Position numbers and translations under genes: made by a program. From NCBI GenBank assembly GCA_049968235.1, contig JBMFRC010000011.1, positions 1 to 64,000 of the forward strand: a DNA stretch of 64,000 bases, in the 5' to 3' direction. Below the pieces are notes generated by a model. That model saw only the letters and a program-made list of their open reading frames with translations, had not been told where the DNA came from and made no database searches. Positions 8,841 through 18,300 of this stretch are shown here, piece by piece (positions within the stretch are counted from its first letter, which is position 1; every line of letters begins with the position of its first letter). This DNA comes from Candidatus Hydrogenedens sp. (GTDB taxonomy: Bacteria > Hydrogenedentota > Hydrogenedentia > Hydrogenedentales > Hydrogenedentaceae).

Positions 8841-10250
8841 ATGAAAAGACGCGATTTTATAAAAAGGGCAGTGTTAGGTTTACTAACCTGCCCTACTGTT
8901 TATGCTTCATCAACAAAGCAGGTAAATGTAAGCAGAACATCGAAGACCAAAGCCCCAAAGAATTTTATCTTTATTCTAATGGATGATATGGGCTATGACG
9001 ACCTCAGTTGTTATGGCAATACAAATTATACAACACCTAACCTTGACCAGATGGCGAAGGAAGGGGTTCGTTTTACTGATTTTTATGCCTGTGCCCCTGT
9101 ATGCACTCCGACGCGTGCCTCTGTATTGACGGGATGTTATGCACAGCGAGTTGGTCTACCCCGTGTGTTAGGAAACAATGCACGCACAGGAATTAATCCT
9201 AATGAAGTAACTCTTGCAGAAGCATTAAAAGGTGCAGGGTATAATACTGCTTGTTATGGGAAGTGGCATTTAGGGCATTTACCTCCGTTCCTACCACCAA
9301 ATCATGGTTTTGATGAATATTATGGTCTTCCCTATTCTAATGATATGGGTCCGGATGAAGATGAACCTAATGCACCTCCGTTACCTCTTATCGAAGGGAC
9401 TAAAACTATCGAAGAGAATCCTGACCAATCTAAACTTACTACAGCATATACGGACAGGGCTATTGATTTTATTAAACGAAATAAGGATAATAAATTCTTT
9501 TTATATTTACCCCATACGATGGTGCATGTACCTATTTATGTATCGAAGAAGTTTGAGGGAAAATCGGGTGCAGGGTTATATGGAGATGTAGTTCAAGAAA
9601 TAGATTGGTCTGTAGGCGAAATATTAAATACACTCAAAGAGACAGGTTTATCTGAGGATACGGTGGTCATTTTTACCTCCGATAATGGTCCGTGGTTAAT
9701 TTATGGCAATCATGCAGGAAGTGCAGGTCCATTACGGTGTGGTAAGGGAACTACTTTTGAAGGAGGGATGCGTGTTCCGTGTATTGCATGGTCACCGCAA
9801 TTCATTCCCTCCGGGAAAATTTGTAGCAAAGTAAGTGCTACTTTCGATTTTTATTCCACATTTATTCAACTCGCAAATGCAAATTACCCGAAAACGGATG
9901 TCCGTGATGGGAAAAATATATGGGATTTGTTGGTAAAACCGGACACTAACTCTCCTCATTCTTTCTTCTTGTATTATTTTCATAATGAATTACAAGCCAT
10001 TCGTCAGGGCAAATGGAAACTTCATCTTCCGCATAAATACCAGGAACTTGATTTTCCAGAGAATGACAGGAAACGTGGAAAATATAAAGAAGAAAAGATT
10101 GAGTTATCGCTGTATGATTTAGAAATTGATATTTCGGAAAAAACGAATCTTGCAAGCGAATATCCTGAAAGGGTAGAACAATTAAGAAATATCGCTCTTC
10201 TTTATGATAAGGATTTAAAAGCAAACATCCGTCCTTGTGGGAAAGCATAA
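8841..10250 (+). CDS. Sulfatase (arylsulfatase family) with a Tat/Sec signal.
   Basis: RRDFIKRAVLGL signal. The sulfatase N-terminal signature reads FIFILMDDMGYDDLSCYGN...CAPVCTPTRASVLTG, where C-x-P-x-R is the formylglycine motif. WHLG follows downstream. Confidence 0.9.
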   Translation: MKRRDFIKRAVLGLLTCPTVYASSTKQVNVSRTSKTKAPKNFIFILMDDMGYDDLSCYGNTNYTTPNLDQMAKEGVRFTDFYACAPVCTPTRASVLTGCYAQRVGLPRVLGNNARTGINPNEVTLAEALKGAGYNTACYGKWHLGHLPPFLPPNHGFDEYYGLPYSNDMGPDEDEPNAPPLPLIEGTKTIEENPDQSKLTTAYTDRAIDFIKRNKDNKFFLYLPHTMVHVPIYVSKKFEGKSGAGLYGDVVQEIDWSVGEILNTLKETGLSEDTVVIFTSDNGPWLIYGNHAGSAGPLRCGKGTTFEGGMRVPCIAWSPQFIPSGKICSKVSATFDFYSTFIQLANANYPKTDVRDGKNIWDLLVKPDTNSPHSFFLYYFHNELQAIRQGKWKLHLPHKYQELDFPENDRKRGKYKEEKIELSLYDLEIDISEKTNLASEYPERVEQLRNIALLYDKDLKANIRPCGKA

Positions 10251-10303
10251 AACTTTATCTGAGTTTTTTCTTGTATTCAATTTATTCTCTTTATTTAAAA
10301 ATC

Positions 10304-10341
10304 ATAACGGGCTATTGGAAGTAAATCCTATAGCCCGTTAT
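10304..10341. terminator. Bidirectional intrinsic terminator hairpin between the convergent sulfatase gene and the giant Ig-like protein gene.
   Basis: A 12-bp perfect inverted repeat (ATAACGGGCTAT ... ATAGCCCGTTAT) with a 14-nt loop. It is flanked by an A-rich run upstream and a T-rich run (TTTTCTATTCTAT) downstream. Confidence 0.6.
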
Positions 10342-10361
10342 TTTCTATTCTATATATCTAT

Positions 10362-13300
10362 TTATTTGCGTAAGCATGCCCTCTTGCGTATAACCGTCAT
10401 TACTCCAATAATCGAGGATATAAGAATCATTACAAGCAATCCTGTGCTTGTAGTTGCAGGAATGCCTTTTTCTACTTCCAGTGTAGCAATCGTAGATGTA
10501 ATCGTGTCGTTCTGTCCAGTTACAGAACTACCGCTATCCTGGACCACAACATAATATTGCCCTGAATCTTCATGTTGAGCTGGGTCAATTACCAGTAGAG
10601 GACCTATTGCACCGGGAATAACTTCCCATGCTTTTCCACCGACATTTCGATACCAGGTATAGGTCTTATCACCTAATCCACCGTTCACCTGAACAAACAT
10701 TTCCACCCGTTCACCCGAAGTGGCTCTATATTCAGGCAATAGGTCTTGAATGAAAGATAAATGCAATCCTACTTCTATATTTGCTTTACGAGATTGATAT
10801 AACATTGGAATATCATCTGTTACTTCAAGATAATATTTGTATGTTCCAACTGTCAACGAAGCAGTGTTAACCAATATCTCAAGGGTATTGCCAGCCACCA
10901 CTTCTGTTCCACCTCCGGGTAGGTCGCGTTTCCATTCATAATAGACAGGTGGTAACCCACCTACGAAGTCAGCTGTCAACCAGAATGATGGGTCATTAAT
11001 ATACAATGATTCATCTTCTGGTTGTAATGTAAATATGACTTCACTACTGGCTACACGGAGTAGTACGGGGTCAGATGTAAGTGTGGTATTCAAACCTGTA
11101 ACTGTAGAGGGTTGGTCAGAGATATATACCAGGTATTGATTTCCGTCATAGGTTACATCTACATTGGATAGGAGCAAAGTATTATTATTTACGCCTAACG
11201 AACCCATCCCGATTTGCCACCAATCATAATTATATGGTTCAAATCCACCTACTACTTCTACCTGGAATATTGCATCCTGCCCAGCATACAGATTTAAACT
11301 CTGCGGTTGCGTTACTATTTGTGGTGGGTCAGCCACCTTCACATTAGCAGTCCTCGATGTTACAGGCGGGTTCAATCCACCACTGGAATCGCTTACTATT
11401 ACATAGTAATCGCCCTCATCGGTAGCATCAGCAGAGCCTAAATCAAGCACATTATGCCCTTCTTCAGGACCCAATATACTTTCAGTGCCTTTGAACCATT
11501 CATAGTAGAATGGTGGTTGGCCACCCGTTACATTAGTAATTAATTGCACTGGTGATTCACCTGTATATGCGCGCACATCAGCAGGTCCCTGAACATTGAT
11601 AAAGTTTGTTATTGACAATTTAGCAATGCGAGATGTACCACTTTGCGGTGTGCCACTATCCGTTACCACACAACGATAATACGAATTTTGTAATCCAGAT
11701 AGATGCGCACCTTCCGCAATTTGTATTGTTAAAGTTGATTCATCTGCACCCGATACAATTGAACTTGCATGTAACGGATGCGGTCCATTTGTCAATGTTG
11801 TCCATGGACCACCCTGGTCGGTTGCATATTGCCATTCATAATTTATTGTTGGTATTCCACCTGTCCTTTGAACTGCAAATTGTGCTTGATTGCCCACATT
11901 CTCGATTACATCTGCAGGATGTTCTGTGTCAACTACAAGATTTTCATACACATTTAACACGCCTGCATTTGCTGGATATGCATCCGGATCCGGTCCACTA
12001 TCAACTGCTATACAACGATATGTACCTGTATCACCTACAACAGTGCCATTTATTGTAAACACGGAATTACTAGCACCGCTAACTATTGAAACTCGACCGC
12101 CTAAGTCGCCATCATTTAATGTTACATATCCACTTCCTGTATCCCTTTGCCATGTAAATGTATATGGAGTGGTTCCACCGGAAGCGGTTACAGTTACACT
12201 GTAATTTGAACCCTCATATTGGTTCACCGGACTTGGCGTCGGGTCAGTAATCACAAATGGATTTGTTATCAAAAGTGTAGCATTTTGAGAATCTTCTGTG
12301 GATGGAGCTCCACGATTTTCAGAGTCTGTTACGCGACACTTATATTGACCGGCATCAATTAGACCTAAATTCGATATTGTCAAAGTTGATGTAGAACCTA
12401 CATTGTTTATAGATACTATCGCACCGGAACCTGATGGATGTGGTCCATCCACCAATGGGGTTGTATCATTCCATAACCATTCATAAGTATATGGGGCATA
12501 ACCTCCAGAAATTGTAACACTGAATTGTGCAGAGCCTCCTGTATTCCGATGAATACTTTGCGGTTGTGCGGATATTGCCACTACAGGTTGAACATCTAAA
12601 CTTGAAGGTCCGGCGAATACGGTTTGTCCGCCATCTGAAATGTTGATTGCGGTACCATAGTAATTACCAATCATAGTCTGGTCGAGATTGGGAATATTCA
12701 CAGGATTGGAACCTGAGCCTACAGGAGTTAAACTTCCGCTTCTATCTATATACCACTGATATAAGTAATTGGAACCTGAACCACCGATAAATTTGAAACT
12801 ATAGATAACATTCTCACCAATATATTTTCTTACTGGTGTTGTCAGGTCTACCACAGTTCGCATTACATTGGTATTGATTGTGATAGTTTTTGTTCCTGAA
12901 ATTACCTGATTGGGTGGAGGAGGCGTATCGTTCGGGTCAGTAACAACACAACGATATTGACCATCTTCCTGACCGGGGATAGCATACTCTACGGTCAATT
13001 GATTAGTTGTCGCACCACTTATAACTGTTATTATAGGAGTATTATTGGGACCATCTGAGCCATTCACATTTCTTGGATAACTACCATTAGAAATATTTAC
13101 CCAGGAACCACCTTTAAATATCTGCCATTGATATTGATACGGCGGACCATATCCACCACTGGCGTTAACGGTCATCCGGAATGAACGCCCAAAACCGATG
13201 TATCCATCTGTTAAATTGTTTGCAGTTGGACTGCTAAAATCATCTTCACTAAATGGTGAATCTCTCGGTGGGTCAAACTCTTGTATTGCTATATTACTCA

Positions 13301-15095
13301 CGGCAAGTGGGTTAGGCCAGACATCAATATAATTTGTCTTTGTTTCTGTATCTTCTCCATATTGAGTAACAACTCTTAACCGAACAGTATAAACACCTAC
13401 AGAATTGTATGTCCATTGGGGATTTGTAGGTGTTGTGTAATGAGCATCATCATTACCATCACCATTGAAATCCCAATACCAGTCGGTTATCTGAGTAGTA
13501 TTTTCCGGTAACTGGTCTGGAATAGATGAATCTGTAAATGTAACAGTCAAAGGATATTGTCCCTGGGTAGGTGCTGCTGAAAAATCTGCTGTTGGTGGAG
13601 TATGCACTACAATATAATTTGTTTTTGTCTCATTGTCATTTCCTTCGGCTGTTTGAACAGTCAGAGATACTGTATATCTACCTGCAGTATTATACTGATG
13701 ACTCGGATTCTGCTGATTACTTGTTCCACTATCACCGAAGTTCCATGCCCATGTTGTTTCTGCCCACAAGCCAAAAGTATCCGATGAATCAGTAAACTGA
13801 ACGGATTGTCCTGCTAATATCTCCACAGGTGTCGCAGAGAAATCTGCTACAGGTGTCGCTACATTTTCATACGCTCCCATATCTACAGCAGAGCCATTTT
13901 TCCTCTGGAAATTACGAATATCAACTCGCCCGGGTGCTAGAGGTGGTTGAACAAGACCATCAGCCCCTGTATCTAAACATGGGGATATTGGTGATGGGAA
14001 AGTAACTGTCAAACGAAAATCATTATTCCCTGGATTCCGGAATAATGGGTCCGAATTAATATTTCCAGTTCCTACATGTCCTCCCTGTACATCAGAATAC
14101 TGTACATCTGCATTTACATATCCAAGGCCGGGTCTAAAGGTTCTAATATGAGGATTTGACGGTACAGGATTATTCCACAATATAGTGTTATAAATTTTTG
14201 GGAAATTAACTCCACATCCACTATTCATTATAGTATTAGCATTATATAATTGAGGATTAGACAAATTAGCCGAAGTGTTATTATAAAAGGTACAATTAGT
14301 AATATATGTCTCATTTCCTATTTCTACATTTGAGGAATTGATTCCATTGTTAAAAATTCCAGCACCGCCACGAATCGGGGAAACGCCGGTATCTACTGTT
14401 TCATTGCACGTATTGCCACGGAAGACGCAATCATGGATTAATGCACTTGCCTTGTAAATATTAGAACCAACAGTCCCGGACATGTTTGCAATCGCACCAC
14501 CTGCTGTTGCAGAAACATTATCGTAGAAAACACAATTACCTATCACTGGTGCTGATAACCAGTTATATATGCCTGCGCCACGCCAGGTATGGTAATCTCC
14601 TGCAACGCCCGAAGCACGACCACCACGTATGTGGAAGCCATCAATTACTACATCCGTATTGGGACCACTTCCCTTTCCTATGACGATTACATGATATGCA
14701 TTCGTGCCACCTCTTGAAGTTCTTCCATCAATAGTCGTTACATATTGTGAAGGTCTTCTCTGGTCTCGAGAAGTCTCTGTTCCCTTAAATCCACCATAAA
14801 GATGGACATTATCTTCCATAACCAATGAGCCATCCACCAAAGCAGGTGCACCCCAAGTTGCTGTTCTTAGTTCATCGTAATTCCCCTGAGCCACCCAAAC
14901 CTCCACAGGATTTCCAGGAGATGCTTGTGCATTAGCAGTGTCAATTCCTTCCTGAATTGTGCGAAATGCTTTAGCCCATGAACTACCATCCGGGGATGGG
15001 TCTGTGCTTGCTTTATTCACATATACTACTGCAAAAGCGTAGTTTGTCAGCAAGCATAAAACCAATAAAGACCACTTTAACTTGCTTTTCATCAT
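10362..15095 (-). CDS. Giant (~1577 aa) secreted adhesin-like protein. It has an N-terminal right-handed beta-helix region, two PKD domains, then more than 8 Ig-like domains with the G-x-Y-(R/K)-C-x-V-(T/S)-D motif. The C-terminus looks like a sorting signal: IPATTSTG, then a TM helix, then a basic tail.
   Basis: Signal peptide MMKSKLKWSLLVLCLLTNYAFA, with an AGGAGA Shine-Dalgarno sequence before the internal ATG. Beta-helix-type repeats (GNCVFYDNVSATAGGAI, HDCVFRGNTC, NCTFYNNTSA). PKD motifs (WNFGDSG...SHQYNTAGRYTVSLTV; WYWDFNGDGNDDAHYT...YNSVGVYTVRLRV). Recurrent Ig-like motifs (GQYRCVVTD, GQYKCRVTD, GTYRCIAVD, YYRCVVTD). C-terminus is GIPATTSTGLLVMILISSIIGVMTVIRKRACLRK. Confidence 0.8.
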   Translation of the reverse strand: MMKSKLKWSLLVLCLLTNYAFAVVYVNKASTDPSPDGSSWAKAFRTIQEGIDTANAQASPGNPVEVWVAQGNYDELRTATWGAPALVDGSLVMEDNVHLYGGFKGTETSRDQRRPSQYVTTIDGRTSRGGTNAYHVIVIGKGSGPNTDVVIDGFHIRGGRASGVAGDYHTWRGAGIYNWLSAPVIGNCVFYDNVSATAGGAIANMSGTVGSNIYKASALIHDCVFRGNTCNETVDTGVSPIRGGAGIFNNGINSSNVEIGNETYITNCTFYNNTSANLSNPQLYNANTIMNSGCGVNFPKIYNTILWNNPVPSNPHIRTFRPGLGYVNADVQYSDVQGGHVGTGNINSDPLFRNPGNNDFRLTVTFPSPISPCLDTGADGLVQPPLAPGRVDIRNFQRKNGSAVDMGAYENVATPVADFSATPVEILAGQSVQFTDSSDTFGLWAETTWAWNFGDSGTSNQQNPSHQYNTAGRYTVSLTVQTAEGNDNETKTNYIVVHTPPTADFSAAPTQGQYPLTVTFTDSSIPDQLPENTTQITDWYWDFNGDGNDDAHYTTPTNPQWTYNSVGVYTVRLRVVTQYGEDTETKTNYIDVWPNPLAVSNIAIQEFDPPRDSPFSEDDFSSPTANNLTDGYIGFGRSFRMTVNASGGYGPPYQYQWQIFKGGSWVNISNGSYPRNVNGSDGPNNTPIITVISGATTNQLTVEYAIPGQEDGQYRCVVTDPNDTPPPPNQVISGTKTITINTNVMRTVVDLTTPVRKYIGENVIYSFKFIGGSGSNYLYQWYIDRSGSLTPVGSGSNPVNIPNLDQTMIGNYYGTAINISDGGQTVFAGPSSLDVQPVVAISAQPQSIHRNTGGSAQFSVTISGGYAPYTYEWLWNDTTPLVDGPHPSGSGAIVSINNVGSTSTLTISNLGLIDAGQYKCRVTDSENRGAPSTEDSQNATLLITNPFVITDPTPSPVNQYEGSNYSVTVTASGGTTPYTFTWQRDTGSGYVTLNDGDLGGRVSIVSGASNSVFTINGTVVGDTGTYRCIAVDSGPDPDAYPANAGVLNVYENLVVDTEHPADVIENVGNQAQFAVQRTGGIPTINYEWQYATDQGGPWTTLTNGPHPLHASSIVSGADESTLTIQIAEGAHLSGLQNSYYRCVVTDSGTPQSGTSRIAKLSITNFINVQGPADVRAYTGESPVQLITNVTGGQPPFYYEWFKGTESILGPEEGHNVLDLGSADATDEGDYYVIVSDSSGGLNPPVTSRTANVKVADPPQIVTQPQSLNLYAGQDAIFQVEVVGGFEPYNYDWWQIGMGSLGVNNNTLLLSNVDVTYDGNQYLVYISDQPSTVTGLNTTLTSDPVLLRVASSEVIFTLQPEDESLYINDPSFWLTADFVGGLPPVYYEWKRDLPGGGTEVVAGNTLEILVNTASLTVGTYKYYLEVTDDIPMLYQSRKANIEVGLHLSFIQDLLPEYRATSGERVEMFVQVNGGLGDKTYTWYRNVGGKAWEVIPGAIGPLLVIDPAQHEDSGQYYVVVQDSGSSVTGQNDTITSTIATLEVEKGIPATTSTGLLVMILISSIIGVMTVIRKRACLRK

Positions 15096-15249
15096 ATACT
15101 GTCTCCTCATAGTGTTTTTATTATAGATTAAAACGCATTTATTAGTTATTTCACTTTTCTTTACATTTTAATGATAATTTTTTATCTTGTCTAAATTATA
15201 ACATGTAAAGCAATAAAAATCAAGAATATTTAATACTATATTTATATAA

Positions 15250-15285
15250 ATATAGTGGGCTGAAAATTATTCAACCCACTATATT
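15250..15285 (-). terminator. Putative intrinsic terminator hairpin downstream of the LRR/InlB-repeat giant gene.
   Basis: Inverted repeat AATATAGTGGG(C)TG ... CA(A)CCCACTATATT of about 12 bp, followed on the minus strand by an AU-rich tract. Confidence 0.4.
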
Positions 15286-15305
15286 ATCTTTATCAAGAAG
15301 ATTCA

Positions 15306-18300
15306 TTATGGTTGAGTACCGGGACAATAACCATCTTCACTACCTTCACACGGGTAATAACCACCGGAATTGAAGAATTGTATTAGACGGAGCAATTCAC
15401 TCAAAGATATTACCCAATCTTGTGGATTATAGTCAGAAGCATGTGGGTTACAGGAATGGTCGCCGGGTCCGGGAGCATATCCATCTTCACCCTGTGGGTC
15501 GCAGTGATATTCATTAAAGTTGAAGAACTGAATAACACGCAATAGTTCCGTTAAATTAATCTTTCCATCTCCATTCTGGTCAGCATTGTGAGGAGGTATT
15601 TCTCCTTCTGGAGTCCCTTCTGGAGTCCCTTCTGGAGTCCCTTCTGGAGTTCCTTCTGGTGTCCCTTCTCCTTCAGGTGGAATTTGAATAAAGATAACAC
15701 CGATTGTTCTGTTCCTGTCCATAGGAACCGTGATTTCAGGTTGCTCAATATTCGCAATTCCTTCTGTATCACCTGTCCATGCACCGAACATCCAGCCGTT
15801 AGCAGGCTGAGCAATAACAGTCTGAGTTTGACCCTCCAGAAATAGATATTCGTTACCTGGAAGTGGAGATGTAGTTCCCTGTCCTTCAACGACATTCAGC
15901 AGTAATTTATAATATACCTGCGGAGCAAATTTCGCTACTAATTGCATGTCTTCACTCAAAACTGTACCAAAAATAGGATTTGATGTAATTAGTGTGTTAC
16001 CGGAATACCACCCTTTGAATACCTGACCTTCACCGGGAACTGCTGTTAATTGAAGCGGGAAATTATTTGATAGTAGATATACATCTGCTAATAAAATTTC
16101 TTCTTCGCCTATAAATACAGTTCCATCGCCTTCTATCTGGAAATCAAATTTCCTACCTTCATTGTCAAAATGCGCTATCATATCATAATGTCCGTTAACA
16201 GTAACTGTTGCGGAATACCAATAAACCCAAGTTGTCTCGGGATTATTATTAGGGTTCTTTATCAATTCCCATCCACCGAAATAATCTTCGGTTTCCGCAT
16301 ATAAACTTAATTGTTTGCCATTAATATAGCAATACGCTCCTGGTCTTGGGGATGTTTCTCCGGTTCCGTTTCCGGCAGTAGTAATGTTCACATTCCAATC
16401 ACAAGGTTCAAATACCGCTATAATCGATAGGCTTTCCTGAACTTGAAGTATTAACACATCATCTGTGCTTATAATTTCATTATCATCAGTTATCCAGTGT
16501 TTTAACGCCCATCCTGAATCAGGATATGCTATATAGTATATCCATTCTCCACCTATATATCCGTAGATACCAGGGACGGGATTTGTTGTTCCATTACCCT
16601 GTGTACTTAACTCTATTGTATATACAGCATCTACGAAACGGGCTACAAGATTACGGTCAGAAGTTACCTGGAAAGAATAAAATGGCCATTCATTTACTAA
16701 TTCGTTGTTTTCATACCAACCCGCAAATGCTTTTCCTGAATCAGGAATGGCTGTAAAGAATGCCCATTGTCCATCAAAGTAGTAATAATTTCCCGGTACT
16801 GGGTTAGTGGTTCCTGGTCCGTCCACAGATATTACTACGGTATAGTCCGTCTCTCTGAAATTTGCAGTTATTACTTTATTTGCATTCATCACAACCTGTA
16901 TAGGATTATCTTGTGGATTTGCTCCTCCTATATCACCACTCCAACCATTAAATACCCAACCCTCCTCAGGATTTGCTGTAATAAGAACAACCTGACCTTC
17001 TGTCTTCTGATATATACCTGGGACGGGGTCAGTCGTTCCTGAACCATTTACATTTATAGTTAAAGTATAGGTTGGTACAGATGTAAAAACGGCACGAATC
17101 GTCATATCTTCTGTTATTTCTACATTTATAGGATTATCTGTTCCTAAATTATTACTATTACCATCTTCCCAATGGTCAAACAGATAACCTGCATCTGGAA
17201 ATGCTGAAATGCTAACGAACGAACCCTGAGCATATTGATATGTCCCTTGATATGGAGATGTAAACCCGTTCCCTATTACTTCTATTTTTAATTGATAGCA
17301 TTGATTGGAGAATATAGCACCAACTGTCTTGTCACTATCCATTACTATATTAGCAAAAGGAGAAGAGCCGAAAGACTGGGCATCTTCTGTCCATCCTCCA
17401 AAGCATGAACCTGTATCCGGTAATGCATATAAATATACCCATTGATTATCTTTAAATGAATAATTACCATTTCCATCATAGAATGGGATAATGGTACCTG
17501 TACCTGTGTTGGATGGGTCAAATGCAAATGTTAATGTATATGTGCCAGGGACAAAAACAGCCTTCACTAAAATATTTTCCTGAACATTATCAAAGAGATA
17601 ACTATAACTATCTGTTAAAAATACATATCCTGCTTTTGCGTTCTCATCCCAAATTTCCCAGTGGTCAAAAGCATAGCCACTATCTGCTTGAGGATATGCT
17701 AAAATAATAAAATCACTATTGATTTCGACTGTATTTACTCCTACTTGAGGTAAAACCTTTCCAATACCTTCCACTTCAATGGTTACGGTTACCTCACATA
17801 CTCCTTCACGAGTTACTACACCACTAGGTTTCACTTTTTGAACCAGTTGGTCGACTAAATAACAAAGTTCCGTAGGAACGGGATTGTACCTAAGGTCAAT
17901 ATAGTCACCATCACCAATTCCTTCGTTGTCTAACAGAAACCCAAAATTCTCTATGTTATTATTGTCCAGATAAACATATTTTAATGCGGTATAGTTTTTT
18001 AAAGGACTTATATCAGAAACCACGTTATTACTTAGATTTAACATTTCTAGAGTTCCTACAGGAGATCCTGAATTGCTTAACCCATATATATTGTTAATTT
18101 GATTCATTGACGCATCTAATGCTACAAGATTAGGCATCATTTCTATACCGGAAAGATTGGTTAATGAATTATCACTTACATTCAACCCTATCAAAGAATT
18201 AAAGGTAAATGGATCTTTTACTGTGAACAATGAAGGACCAATATTATTCCCAGGCAAATTTGCAATCGTTAAACCGTTTAATCCTACAAGACTGTTGATA

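Noticed and set aside
11633-14683. Several 60-140-aa plus-strand ORFs inside the 10362..15095 gene, and similar ones inside other large genes (for example 16526..17042, 38011..38316, 39514..40143).
   Set aside because: They lie antisense to long, domain-rich coding sequences with clear homology patterns. They have no ribosome-binding site and no recognisable motifs.
15603-15672. Possible CRISPR-like array, given the regular short direct repeats here and at 54761-55165.
   Set aside because: The period is only 12-15 nt with no unique spacers, and the arrays are in-frame inside long ORFs. They are coding tandem repeats, not CRISPR.
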